A stretch of DNA of 62,975 nucleotides, filler included, from a bacterium (GCA_037439705.1; 16 parts of 16 records of this genome joined end to end with filler, not necessarily neighbours in it); one strand, 5' to 3'. Positions 30,676-41,372 are shown, counted from the whole stretch's first letter. Made by a program: numbers and translations. The notes: generated by a model not told the origin, from the sequence alone.

Positions 30676-33338
30676 AAAAGAAAAGAATTTTTCTCATTGA
30701 CGGAAGTTCCTTCATCTTCAGGGCTTTTTATGCAATTCCTCATCTTTCAAGCCAGAAAGGCATTCCCACAAATGCAACATACGGGGTAGTGAATATGCTT
30801 TTGAAAATCATAAAGGAATTTTCTCCCGAATATATGGCAGTAGTTATGGATTCAAAGGGAAAGACGAGGAGGCACGAGACCTATAAAGATTACAAAGCAA
30901 CACGTCCCCCTCTTCCTCAAGAGCTTCTCGTTCAAATTCCCTACATTGAAAAAATAATTCCGTCTCTCGGAATTTCTGTTCTTCAGTTTGAAGGTTATGA
31001 GGCAGATGATGTAATTGCTACTGTCACTAAGAAGTTTGCAGGGGAAGCGAGTGAGGTTGTTATAGTAGGTGCTGACAAGGATTTATATCATATAATTGAT
31101 GAACATGTCAAAATATATGACCCGATGAAGGGCAGGTGGATTGATGAAGAATATGTAGTGGAAAAATTCGGGGTTTTTCCAAAGGAGATGGTAGATTTTC
31201 TCTCCCTTACAGGGGATTCAATTGATAACATTCCCGGTATTCCAGGTATAGGAGAGAAGACCGCACAAGAGTTGATATCCCGGTTTGGAAGCCTTGAAGG
31301 GATTTTTGCTGGAGTTTCTCAAATAGAAAAGAAAGGTGCGAGAGAGAAATTGCTTGCCAATAAAGACCTGGCATTTATAAGCAGAGCCCTTGTTAAGCTT
31401 GAGACAAATCTCCCTTTAAAAATAGAGTTGGAGGATTTAAGGTTAAAAGAGAAAAATTTTGAGGTGATTGAAAATTTTTTCAGGGAACTCGGTTTCAGCA
31501 AGCTTCTGGCTGAATTATTTCCGAAAAGGGAGATTACGGAAGATTTTTCAATTGTTTATGAGATTTCGGAACTGGAAAAAATAGTGAAAATGGCAGAAGA
31601 AAGTGGAAAACTTGGAATAGACCTTGAAACCACATCTCTTGACCCTTATTCCGCAAATATTGTAGGAATATCCTTAACTGTGGATGGTGAGAAAGCCTTT
31701 TATATTCCTGTAGGACATTCTTACCTTGGAGCACCGAGACAGCTTTCGGTTGAAGAGGTGCTTAAAATTATGAAACCAGTTCTTGAAAGCGGAAAGGTTT
31801 TAAAATACGGACAGAATCTGAAATATGATTTCATGGTTTTAAAGAGGCACGGGATTCACCTCTTTCCCATCGGTGGAGATTCTATGATAGCCTCTTATCT
31901 TTTAGACCCTGATAGACGCCACCACAACCTTGATGACATTTCTGTGGAGTACCTGGGACACAAAATGATTACCTATTCAGAGGTTACTGGAAAGGGAAAA
32001 GGGCAGATTGCATTTAACATGGTTGATGTAAAAACGGCGGCAAGGTATTCCTGTGAGGATGTGGTTGTTGCTTTTAAAATCGCTGATAAGCTAGAAAAAC
32101 TTATTAAAGAATATGGAATGATTGACCTTTATAAAAAGATAGAAATTCCACTCATTGAGGTTTTAGCGTATATTGAGCTCTGGGGGGTAAAGGTAGATGG
32201 AGAGAGGATAAAGGAGATAGCCGGTTATCTCTCAAAAAATATTGCAGAGGTGCAGAAGAAAATATGGGAACTTGCTGGTGAGAGGTTCAACATAGATTCT
32301 CCTGTCCAGCTGAGAGAGATTTTGTTCAAAAAATTAAAGCTTCCCGGAACAAAAAAGGGTAAAACCGGTTATTCTACAGATTCCGAGGTCCTTGAGAAAC
32401 TTACCAGGCATCATCCAATATGTGAGTATCTCCTTGAATACAGAAGATTGTCAAAACTCCAGAACACCTACACATTCAATCTATTAAAGGTCAATCCAGT
32501 TACTGGAAGGGTCCACACATCCTTCAATCAAACAGCAACTGCAACAGGAAGGCTTTCTTCCTCTGAACCAAATCTTCAAAACATACCTGTTAAGGGAGAA
32601 GATGGAAAGATGATAAGAAGTGCGTTTGTTCCTGAGGATGGGTATCTTTTCATTTCTGCTGATTATTCCCAGATAGAACTCAGAATTCTTGCTCATCTTT
32701 CCGAAGATGAGGTTCTTATTAAAGCATTTGAAAAGGGGGAGGACATTCATATCGCAACCGCCTGTGAGATTTTTGGAGTAAAACCTGAGGAAGTAACACC
32801 GGAAATGAGAAGGAATGCAAAGACAATAAACTTTGGAATAATCTACGGAATTTCTCCCCACGGTCTTTCAACGGAACTGGGAATAAGTCATTCCGAGGCA
32901 AAGGATTTGATAGACAGGTACTTTGCAAAGTACAGGGGGGTTAAGAAGTTCATAGATTCCCATCTTGAAAGGGCGAGGAAGGAGCTCGTGGTCACCACCA
33001 TTTTTGGACGAAAGAGATATGTTCCTGATATAAATTCAGCCAGTCCGGGAGCAAGGGGATTTGCTGAAAGGGTTGCTATTAATGCGCCAATTCAGGGGTC
33101 ATCTGCTGATTTAATCAAACTTGCCATGATCAACATTTTTAGAAGGATAAAGAATGGAGATGTAGACATGAAGATGCTCATTCAGGTTCACGATGAACTT
33201 CTTTTTGAGATCAGGGAAGATGAAGTGGAAAAGGGGGTAGAGATTGTAAGATATGAAATGGAGAATGTGTTCCCATTAAAAGTTCCCCTTAAAGTGGATA
33301 TTGGGATAGGAAGGAACTGGAGCGAAGCGAAGGAATGA
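30657..33338 (+). CDS. polA: DNA polymerase I
   Basis: LIDGSSFIFRAFYA, DLETT exonuclease, TGRLSSSEPNLQN, DYSQIELR, QVHDEL. Confidence 0.98.
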   Translation: MGKDKVEKKRIFLIDGSSFIFRAFYAIPHLSSQKGIPTNATYGVVNMLLKIIKEFSPEYMAVVMDSKGKTRRHETYKDYKATRPPLPQELLVQIPYIEKIIPSLGISVLQFEGYEADDVIATVTKKFAGEASEVVIVGADKDLYHIIDEHVKIYDPMKGRWIDEEYVVEKFGVFPKEMVDFLSLTGDSIDNIPGIPGIGEKTAQELISRFGSLEGIFAGVSQIEKKGAREKLLANKDLAFISRALVKLETNLPLKIELEDLRLKEKNFEVIENFFRELGFSKLLAELFPKREITEDFSIVYEISELEKIVKMAEESGKLGIDLETTSLDPYSANIVGISLTVDGEKAFYIPVGHSYLGAPRQLSVEEVLKIMKPVLESGKVLKYGQNLKYDFMVLKRHGIHLFPIGGDSMIASYLLDPDRRHHNLDDISVEYLGHKMITYSEVTGKGKGQIAFNMVDVKTAARYSCEDVVVAFKIADKLEKLIKEYGMIDLYKKIEIPLIEVLAYIELWGVKVDGERIKEIAGYLSKNIAEVQKKIWELAGERFNIDSPVQLREILFKKLKLPGTKKGKTGYSTDSEVLEKLTRHHPICEYLLEYRRLSKLQNTYTFNLLKVNPVTGRVHTSFNQTATATGRLSSSEPNLQNIPVKGEDGKMIRSAFVPEDGYLFISADYSQIELRILAHLSEDEVLIKAFEKGEDIHIATACEIFGVKPEEVTPEMRRNAKTINFGIIYGISPHGLSTELGISHSEAKDLIDRYFAKYRGVKKFIDSHLERARKELVVTTIFGRKRYVPDINSASPGARGFAERVAINAPIQGSSADLIKLAMINIFRRIKNGDVDMKMLIQVHDELLFEIREDEVEKGVEIVRYEMENVFPLKVPLKVDIGIGRNWSEAKE

Positions 33339-33371
33339 GAATAATAAAACACACCCCCCCCTCCCCCTCTC

Positions 33372-33425
33372 TGGAAAAGTTAAGATATGAGCGACATTAA
33401 GGAGTGAGAGGGAGAGATGAAGTTT
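33372..33425 (+). repeat. dispersed repeat A, copy 2 (cut by contig end)
   Basis: tggaaaagttaagatatgagcgacattaaggagtgagagggagagatga. Confidence 0.9.
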
Positions 33426-33525
33426 NNNNNNNNNNNNNNNNNNNNNNNNNNNNNNNNNNNNNNNNNNNNTTAATTAATTAANNNNNNNNNNNNNNNNNNN
33501 NNNNNNNNNNNNNNNNNNNNNNNNN

Positions 33526-33552
33526 GTATACATAATGACATATATTTCAAAT
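33526..33552 (-). other. possible dif-like Xer site (ATTTGAAATAT-ATGTCA-TTATGTATAC)
   Basis: 11-6-(11) layout with TTATGT XerD-type arm; cut by the contig start. Confidence 0.3.
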
Positions 33553-33645
33553 AGATTTAATTATGAGGAAAGACGGAGTTGAGATATTTGCCACCCATTT
33601 CATAACGCAAAAATTTTGAAAAATGGCTTCTTCATCAAAAACTTT

Positions 33646-34089
33646 TTAAAAAAAGACTTTTATTTTCATACCCTTTTTTAAAGTTTCAAGATGGTCTGTG
33701 AGGACGTCCATTTTTCCCTTGAAACCACTTTCAACATATTCCTTTATTTTTATGTTTTCTTCAAACCACCTTACAACATCCTCTTCTTTCAAGCCCGCCT
33801 CTTTTGCCTTTTCAAGAATTTCTTTTATGCCATCCACATTCACCTTTTGAGAACCTTTTCCTATAGTTTCAAGAAGAACTGCTCGGTATAGAAAATCAGG
33901 AAATATAAGTTTTAGATTTTCCTCGTAATTGCAGGATTTCCAGTCCTTTTCATCTTCCACAATTGATGTTAATATGCAATGCTTTTTAAGGTCAAAAAGG
34001 GTATATACACTGTTTTCAACCACAAGGATAACCCTGTCTATCAGGACTTTATCAGCCAGAAAAATTAAAAATAAAAGAGTAAATCTCAC
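33646..34089 (-). CDS. SurA N-terminal-like exported protein
   Basis: IDRVILVVEN..YT..DL after a signal-like N-terminus. Confidence 0.55.
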   Translation of the reverse strand: MRFTLLFLIFLADKVLIDRVILVVENSVYTLFDLKKHCILTSIVEDEKDWKSCNYEENLKLIFPDFLYRAVLLETIGKGSQKVNVDGIKEILEKAKEAGLKEEDVVRWFEENIKIKEYVESGFKGKMDVLTDHLETLKKGMKIKVFF

Positions 34090-35900
34090 TCCACAGTCAC
34101 ACTCTTGGCAAGATTTCTGGGCTGGTCCACATCTGTTCCTCTTAAAACAGCAATGTGATAGGCAAAGAGTTGAAGCGGTATAACCGTAAGAATTGGAGAA
34201 AGGAGTTCATGGGTTTTTGAAATTTTTATCGTGAAATCTGCAAGTTCCTCAAAAATTTCTGGCGAATCCGTAACCACTATTATTCTTCCCTCCCTCGCCT
34301 TTACTTCCTCAATGTTTCCCTTTGTTTTTGAAAGCGTCCTGTCCCCAGGAGCAACAAAAACTACAGGCATATTCCGGTCAACAAGGGCAATAGGACCATG
34401 TTTCATCTCTCCAGCAGAATAACCTTCGGCATGTATATATGATATTTCTTTGAGCTTTAAAGCTCCCTCCAAGGCTACAGGATGGCTCAACCACCTTCCT
34501 AAATAAAGGAAATTCTGATAATGCTGGTAGACCCTTGCAAGTTCCTTCATTTCTATTTCCCTTTCAAGAATCCAGTTTACCTTTGCTGGTATTTCCTTTA
34601 TTTCCTGAAGAAGTTTTTTAAATTCCTTTGATGAAATAATTCCCCTCTTTTTGCCTGTAAAAATTGAAAGGAGGAAAAGCACAGTTAACTGAGCTGTAAA
34701 AGCCTTTGTTGATGCAACGCTTATTTCAGGACCAGCCCTTGTAAAAAGCACCATATCGCTTTCTCTCGCAATACTGCTTAACGGAACATTGCATATCCCT
34801 ATGACAGGATTTTTATTCTCCTTCCATTTTTTTACTGCGAACAGGGTATCCGCTGTTTCTCCGCTCTGAGAAATGGCTATAAGAACTCCATTGTCTTTAA
34901 AATTTAATTTTCTGTGCCTTTCTTCGGAGGCTAAAACAGGATAGGCAGGGATGCCTGCAATTTCTTCAAGCCATAATGCTCCAATCATGCAGGCATGATA
35001 TGATGTTCCGCAGGCAGTAAGATAGATATTGGAAGCCCTTTCAATCTCTGACACACATTCATCAAGCATTGATTCAGAACCTTCAATTGTGCTCAAAATT
35101 GTATTACTGATTCCATCAACCTGTTCCATTATCTCCTTGTGCAGAAAGTGTTTGTAAGCACCTTTTTCTACTGCGGAAAGGGAAATAGAAATATCAAGAT
35201 AGTCTTTTTTTATTTCTTCATTTTTAAAGTTGAAAAACTTTAAACTGTCCCCATCTGCTACTGCGAGTTCTCCATCGTTTAAAACCACCATCTTTTTTAC
35301 AAATGGAACGATGGCAAGGGCATCCGAAGCAAAAACAATTTCACCATCACTTTTACCAGCAATAAGGGGAGAACCGTTTTTTGCACCTATAAGAAAGTTC
35401 GGCTTATCGGAAAACATAAATAAAATGGCGTAAGTCCCTTTTAATCTCTTCAATGCAGAAATAACCGCATCAAGGTAATTCTTTCCCTTTGATAAATTGT
35501 TCTCAACAAGATGGGCAATTATCTCGGTATCTGTTGCTGAATTAAATCTATGTCCCATCTTCTGAAGTTCCTTTTTCAGGGCTTCATAGTTCTCTATTAT
35601 CCCGTTATGAACTACCACCACCCTTCCTGCTCTGTGGGGATGAGCATTTATGTCGGAGGGTTCACCATGGGTAGCCCATCTGGTATGACCTATTCCAGTT
35701 TTTCCATTTATGGAAGAAATGTCCAGTTTTTCTATAAGTTCCACAAGTTTTCCCCTTTTTTTATGAATGGTAATCCTTCCATTCACATCCATCACCGCAA
35801 TACCTGCAGAATCGTATCCTCGGTATTCAAGCCTCTTTAAACCCTCAAGAAGAATCGGGGTTACTTCACTATTACCTGTATAACCTATTATTCCGCACAT
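34086..35900 (-). CDS. glmS: glutamine-fructose-6-phosphate transaminase
   Basis: MCGIIG, HTRWATHG, SQSGET, PRNLAKSVTVE. Confidence 0.98.
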   Translation of the reverse strand: MCGIIGYTGNSEVTPILLEGLKRLEYRGYDSAGIAVMDVNGRITIHKKRGKLVELIEKLDISSINGKTGIGHTRWATHGEPSDINAHPHRAGRVVVVHNGIIENYEALKKELQKMGHRFNSATDTEIIAHLVENNLSKGKNYLDAVISALKRLKGTYAILFMFSDKPNFLIGAKNGSPLIAGKSDGEIVFASDALAIVPFVKKMVVLNDGELAVADGDSLKFFNFKNEEIKKDYLDISISLSAVEKGAYKHFLHKEIMEQVDGISNTILSTIEGSESMLDECVSEIERASNIYLTACGTSYHACMIGALWLEEIAGIPAYPVLASEERHRKLNFKDNGVLIAISQSGETADTLFAVKKWKENKNPVIGICNVPLSSIARESDMVLFTRAGPEISVASTKAFTAQLTVLFLLSIFTGKKRGIISSKEFKKLLQEIKEIPAKVNWILEREIEMKELARVYQHYQNFLYLGRWLSHPVALEGALKLKEISYIHAEGYSAGEMKHGPIALVDRNMPVVFVAPGDRTLSKTKGNIEEVKAREGRIIVVTDSPEIFEELADFTIKISKTHELLSPILTVIPLQLFAYHIAVLRGTDVDQPRNLAKSVTVE

Positions 35901-37253
35901 TTTTTCTTTCTTCTCGCATAACCAAGCACATTTTTTTGCTCAGCCCTTGAAATGCCGAGCGCATAAGGAGGAACATCCTTTGTAATTGTTGACCCTGCTC
36001 CTATCCACGCAAAATTTCCTATTTTTACAGGAGCAACAAACTGAACATCACTTCCCACGAAAACATTCTTTCCGATAGTGGTTTTGTTTTTCTTAAAACC
36101 ATCAAAATTGCAGGTTATTGTTCCTGCACCTATATTTGTTCCTTCTCCTACTTCTGCATCACCTATGTAGGAAAGGTGCTGAGCTTTGACATTCTTTCCT
36201 ATAACAGATTTCTTCACCTCAACAAAGTTTCCTATTTTTGAGCCACTTTTAAGAACAGTCCCCTCTCTGATCCGTGCAAAAGGCCCCACGCTCACATTCT
36301 CATATATGATCGATTTTTCAATTATTGAATATGGCTTAATTTTTGAATTCTTTTTTATAACTGTATCCACAATTATACACCCTTCCTCTATTTCTACTCC
36401 CTCCTCTACCCTGCACGAACCATCTATCCTCACAAATGGATGGATAAAAGCACCCTTAACAACTGAAAAAGGACTTATATAGGTTGCATCTTCGTTTAAA
36501 ATTATGTTCCCATTTTTTATCGCCATTCTAACACCTTCTTTATATCCGATAATTGTAAGAAGGGAAAGGTCTTTCGGAGTATTGGCACCAATCCCCTCCC
36601 ACCAGCATTCAGGGGAAACGGTGTTTATTTTAAATCCATTTTTGTAAAGGATTTCTATGATATCTGTGAAGTAGTACTCTCCGGATTCATGGTTTTTTTT
36701 CACCTTTGAAATAGCGAATGAAAGAACTTCTTTCTCAATAACATAAGCACCCATGTTTACTTCCCTTATCTTTCTTTCCTGTGGTTCAAGATGCCTTTCT
36801 TCTTTTATCGCGACAGGAAAACCCTCTTTTCTTATGACCCTCCCGTATCCTTTTGGAGTTTCAATCTCGCCTGTCAGAAAAACACAATCGTATCCATTTT
36901 GTGCAGTTTTTATAAGTTTTTTAATCGTTGAATCCCTTATAAGCGGTGTATCACCTGAAAGAATGAGAAGGTGGGTAAAACCTTCAACNNNNNNNNNNNA
37001 AGGCTGAACGAACTGCATCCGCTGTCCCCAACTGTTCATTCTGAACCACTATTTTTACCTCATTTCCTGAAATCACCCTTTCCACATCTTCCTTCTTATG
37101 ACCCAGCACCACAAAGGCAGGAATTTTCAACTTCTTCAAATTTTTGAGGTGATAAAGAATCATTGGGACACCACACAGAGGAAGAACAACCTTTGGGAGT
37201 TCGGTTCCCATCCTTTTACCTTTTCCTGCTGCAAGAATTATACCTGATATCTT
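35888..37253 (-). CDS. glmU: bifunctional GlmU (internal N gap; start at contig end)
   Basis: ILAAGKGKRM..PKV, QLGTADAV, GNFVEVKK, HLSYIGDA, hexapeptide repeats. Confidence 0.95.
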
Positions 37254-37360
37254 CTAGGTTNNNNNNNNNNNNNNNNNNNNNNNNNNNNNNNNNNNNNNNN
37301 NNNNTTAATTAATTAANNNNNNNNNNNNNNNNNNNNNNNNNNNNNNNNNNNNNNNNNNNN

Positions 37361-37823
37361 GGACGAACTTCTGAAGGAGAACTGGGTAAAGGACGCAACT
37401 GTCAGGAGAATTTTTCCTCATACCATTTCTGTGGAGGTTCAGGAGAGAGTTCCAATTGCAAGGATACACTTAGCAGATGGTGAATACCTTGTGGATGAAG
37501 ATGGTTTCATTTTTACAAAGGGAAGGGAGGAATTTTCCAGTCTTCCTCTCGTTCTCGGAACCTTTGATAAAAACGACCTTTCTTCAGTTAAGAAGATTGT
37601 TGATGAATATATTATGTTTTCAAACTTCTTCCCGAAAGAAATAGTTTTTGATACCTCTACGATAAGGATTAAGGATATGAGCGGTATGCTTCTAACTTTT
37701 GATAGGGAAAACATGGAGAACATGAGGTTCGTGAAAAACACTTTTGATTACATAAAAAGCAAAGGAATTTCTCCGAAAGTTATTGATCTGAGTTATCCAC
37801 AAAAAGCATTTTTGCAATTTTAG
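37361..37823 (+). CDS. ftsQ: cell division protein FtsQ/DivIB, 5' truncated
   Basis: WVKDATVRRIFPHTISVEVQER.P.A, IDLSY; upstream of ftsA. Confidence 0.88.
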
Positions 37824-37832
37824 GAGGCAAAG

Positions 37833-39062
37833 ATGAGGAGGAGAGAAAGAATAGTTGCAGGAATTGACATAGGAACGACGAAGGTTTGCGCAATGATAGG
37901 CGAGGTTAGTGACGACCTCGTAGCGATTACAGGCATAGGGACTCATCCCTCAAAGGGAATGAAGAAAGGAAGGATAATTGACATTGAAGCCATTGTTGAT
38001 TCCATAAAGGTGGCGATTGAGGATGCGGAACTTATGGCTGATAATGAGATAAAATCTGCTTATGTTTCCATTGGAGGCGGGCATATAGATAGTATCATAT
38101 CACGGGGAATGGTTACCCTCAAAACGAAGGAGGTAACAGACTCAGATGTTATGAGGGCTATAGATTATGCTAAAGCAATTCACCTTCAACCTGACAGGGA
38201 AATAATTCATCTCCTTCCTATGGATTTCATAATAGATGGGCAATCGGGAATAAAAGAGCCTCTCGGTATGGTTGGTATAAAACTGGAAGCGGATGTTCAC
38301 ATCATAACCGGAATAGCCACTTCTGTGAACAGCATTTACAAATGTTGTGAAAAGGCAGGAATAGAAGTGGAGGAGCTTGTTGTAAAACCGATTGCTTCAG
38401 CGGAGACGGTTCTTACTACCGAGGAAAAAGAAATGGGAGTGGTGGTTGCTGATATAGGTGGTGGAACAACAGGCGTATGCATCTTTTACGATGGTTCTTT
38501 AAGAAAGATAGCGGAAATTGATATGGGAGGGAACTACATTACCAGAGATATTGCAATAGGGTTGAAAACATCTGTGTCCTCTGCGGAAAAATTAAAAAAG
38601 GAATTCGGACACGCTGATTCTTCGGAAGTAAGGAGTGATGAAATAATAGAGGTTCCCGATGCAGGGTTCAGGGGGGTGAGGCAGGAATCAAGAAAAAAAC
38701 TTGCTGAAATAATTGAGGCGAGACTGGAAGATATCTTCGGACAGATAAAGAAAATTATTGATTCCTCCTCACACAGACCTTATGGAACAGAGATAGTTCT
38801 TACTGGTGGAACTGCTTTACTTCCCGGAATTGTATCCCTGGCGGAAAAGTTTTTTGATATGCCTGCAAGGATTGGTATGCCACACGAAGCGGGTGGACTC
38901 GCTGAGATGGTGAACAGTCCAATATATTCTGCCTGTGTGGGTCTCATTCTTGTAGGAGCGAAAAGCAGAAGTTTATCAGGGTACAGTTTGAGGTCAAGAA
39001 AGCTCGGTCGGAGAAATTTGAAAGAAAAAATAATTGAGTTTTTAAGAGAATACATAATATAG
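37833..39062 (+). CDS. ftsA: cell division protein FtsA
   Basis: GIDIGTTKV, DIGGGTT, VLTGG. Confidence 0.97.
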   Translation: MRRRERIVAGIDIGTTKVCAMIGEVSDDLVAITGIGTHPSKGMKKGRIIDIEAIVDSIKVAIEDAELMADNEIKSAYVSIGGGHIDSIISRGMVTLKTKEVTDSDVMRAIDYAKAIHLQPDREIIHLLPMDFIIDGQSGIKEPLGMVGIKLEADVHIITGIATSVNSIYKCCEKAGIEVEELVVKPIASAETVLTTEEKEMGVVVADIGGGTTGVCIFYDGSLRKIAEIDMGGNYITRDIAIGLKTSVSSAEKLKKEFGHADSSEVRSDEIIEVPDAGFRGVRQESRKKLAEIIEARLEDIFGQIKKIIDSSSHRPYGTEIVLTGGTALLPGIVSLAEKFFDMPARIGMPHEAGGLAEMVNSPIYSACVGLILVGAKSRSLSGYSLRSRKLGRRNLKEKIIEFLREYII

Positions 39063-39073
39063 GAGGTGAATAG

Positions 39074-40225
39074 ATGATAGAGTTTGAAACGAAAAAGCAA
39101 AGCAAGGCAGTAATAAAGGTAATAGGCGTGGGAGGAGCAGGTGGAAATGCTGTTCAGAGGATGATAGAAATGGGGATAGAGGGAGTTGAGTTCATAGTCG
39201 CAAATTCGGACGCTCAGACTCTTGCGGACAATATAGCCCCGATAAAGATCCAAGTCGGTAAAGAACTGACAAGGGGGCTTGGAGCAGGTGGAAATCCTGA
39301 GATAGGAAGACAGTCCGCCCTTGAAAGCAAAGATGAAATAAGGGAGGTGCTCAGCGGTGCTGATATGGTTTTCATAACCGCAGGTATGGGAAAAGGGACA
39401 GGAACGGGTGCTTCTCCGGTCATTGCTGAGATAGCCAGGGAACTCAATGCCCTTGTTGTGGCTGTTGTTACGAAACCCTTCAGATGGGAACTCAAGGAAA
39501 GAATGAGCAATGCCCTTAAGGGTATAGCAGAACTGAAAAGGATAGTGGATACAATTCTTGTGATTCCAAATGACAAAATAAGACAGGCACTTTCTTCAGT
39601 GGATAAACCCGAATTTGAATATGGTTTTAGAAAAACGGATGATGTCCTTTATCAAGCAGTAAAGGGAATTGCAGAACTTATAACAAAACATGGCTTCATC
39701 AACATTGATTTTGCAGATGTGAAAGCGGTTATGTCTCATAAAGGTCTTGCAATAATGGGAATGGGAGTTGGAGCAGGGGATAACAGGGCAGTGGATGCCG
39801 CAAAGGGAGCTATTTTCAATCCCCTTCTTGATGATGTTTCAATAACAGGAGCAACAAGTGCCCTCGTTAATATAACTGCTGGAAGTGGCGTTTCCTTTTA
39901 TGAAGCAGAGGAAGTTATGGAATACATCACCAGTGAATTTGACCCATCAGCCAATCTAATTTTCGGCGCTATATCCGATGAATCCATAGGAGAGAGAATA
40001 AGGGTCATTGTTATAGCAACAGGGCTTAAAACAAAGGAAAAAACATACCAGGCATCTGTTGGTATTCAGACAAAACCATCTCATGAGTTGGACTTTGAAA
40101 CTCCTGCTTTTGTGAGAAAGGGAGGCACCCAGCGCCCACTTTTTGAACTTGACGAAATAGCCTCAAAAATTATGGAGATAAGAGAGGATGACACCGAACT
40201 TCCGAGTTTTTTGAAAAAGAGGTAA
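39074..40225 (+). CDS. ftsZ: cell division protein FtsZ
   Basis: GVGGAGGNA, GLGAGGNP, INIDFADV, C-terminal LPSFL. Confidence 0.98.
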   Translation: MIEFETKKQSKAVIKVIGVGGAGGNAVQRMIEMGIEGVEFIVANSDAQTLADNIAPIKIQVGKELTRGLGAGGNPEIGRQSALESKDEIREVLSGADMVFITAGMGKGTGTGASPVIAEIARELNALVVAVVTKPFRWELKERMSNALKGIAELKRIVDTILVIPNDKIRQALSSVDKPEFEYGFRKTDDVLYQAVKGIAELITKHGFINIDFADVKAVMSHKGLAIMGMGVGAGDNRAVDAAKGAIFNPLLDDVSITGATSALVNITAGSGVSFYEAEEVMEYITSEFDPSANLIFGAISDESIGERIRVIVIATGLKTKEKTYQASVGIQTKPSHELDFETPAFVRKGGTQRPLFELDEIASKIMEIREDDTELPSFLKKR

Positions 40226-40278
40226 TGGATGTTTTACACCTTCTGATGTGAGTGCTATTTATGAAAAGGGACAACCGG

Positions 40279-40533
40279 TTATTGGAGGGGTAATACCTTT
40301 ACCTTGATTTTTCCTTTTGAATGCTCAAACTGAACAATTCCATCTATTTTTGAAAAGATTGTATAATCCCTTCCAATTCCTGTGTTCATTCCGGGAACGA
40401 ATTTTGTTCCTAATTGTCTCACAATGATGCTACCTCCTTTCACAACCTGTCCACCGAAAACTTTTACGCCCAATCTCTGTCCCGGGCTGTCCCTTCCATT
40501 TCTTGAACTTCCCTGTCCCTTTTTGTGTGCCAT
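40279..40533 (-). CDS. rpmA: 50S ribosomal protein L27
   Basis: [16 protein letters not shown]. Confidence 0.98.
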   Translation of the reverse strand: MAHKKGQGSSRNGRDSPGQRLGVKVFGGQVVKGGSIIVRQLGTKFVPGMNTGIGRDYTIFSKIDGIVQFEHSKGKIKVKVLPLQ

Positions 40534-40534
40534 C

Positions 40535-40852
40535 TTATATGTGTATCTCCTTTATTTTTACCTCTGTATATATCTGTCTGTGCCCCCTTTTTACACTTAC
40601 CCTCTTTTTTGGCTTGTATCTCATCGCTATTACCTTTTTGCCCTTTCCTTCTTTTATGACCTCGGCTGAAACATAAGCACCTTCTATTTTTGGAGTTCCT
40701 ATCTGAACCTTACCATCGTCTTTGTAGAAGAGGACCTCTTCAAATTTTACAATCTCTCCGGGCTTTTTTTCCTTAATCCTCTCCACTCTTAAAACCTCTC
40801 CTTCCTTCACTATGTACTGCTTTCCACCTGTTTTTATCACTGCATACTTCAT
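40535..40852 (-). CDS. rplU: 50S ribosomal protein L21
   Basis: [15 protein letters not shown]; start placed at ATG 40852. Confidence 0.97.
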   Translation of the reverse strand: MKYAVIKTGGKQYIVKEGEVLRVERIKEKKPGEIVKFEEVLFYKDDGKVQIGTPKIEGAYVSAEVIKEGKGKKVIAMRYKPKKRVSVKRGHRQIYTEVKIKEIHI

Positions 40853-40859
40853 GGAGAAT

Positions 40860-40887
40860 ATAATACACATCCAGAATCTTTTGTCAA
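40860..40887 (-). promoter_or_regulatory. sigma70 promoter TTGACA-16-TATTAT, 7 nt before rplU ATG
   Basis: Read directly; no SD. Confidence 0.7.
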
Positions 40888-41021
40888 GTTAACGTATAAG
40901 TTATATACTTATGCGACATTTTATGAGTTTGAATGAGAAAATATAAGGGGCTTTTTAGACCAAGGGATTTGTTTCATCTCTCCCTCTCACTCCTTAATCT
41001 CGCACATACCTTAACTTTTCC
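40887..41021 (-). repeat. dispersed repeat A, copy 3 (most complete terminal IRs)
   Basis: Reverse complement matches 8551-8678. Confidence 0.93.
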
Positions 41022-41035
41022 TGAAAAATTGTAAA

Positions 41036-41079
41036 TCCTCTCTCAAAAAAGATGGATTATTTTTTGGCATCTGGATTTA
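41036..41079 (-). repeat. diverged repeat B 3' part
   Basis: taaatccagatgccaaaaaataatccatcttttttgagagag resembles 8491-8530; same position relative to repeat A. Confidence 0.6.
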
Positions 41080-41179
41080 NNNNNNNNNNNNNNNNNNNNN
41101 NNNNNNNNNNNNNNNNNNNNNNNTTAATTAATTAANNNNNNNNNNNNNNNNNNNNNNNNNNNNNNNNNNNNNNNNNNNN

Positions 41180-41372
41180 TGATGGGCATATTTATGTCAG
41201 TAATTATAAGGTCAAATTTGTTCAGGCTCATTTTTTTTAGGGCATCAACCCCATCTTTTGCTTCAACCACATTTACTCCTTTTACCCTTTTCAGTATAAA
41301 ACTCAACAGCTGTCTCATCGTGGGAGAGTCTTCAACCACCAGCACATTGTGCTCTTTTCTTTCACTGCTCAT
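41180..41372 (-). CDS. CheY-like response regulator (3' truncated)
   Basis: VLVVEDSPTMR, EAKDG.DAL, DLIITDINMP. Confidence 0.92.
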
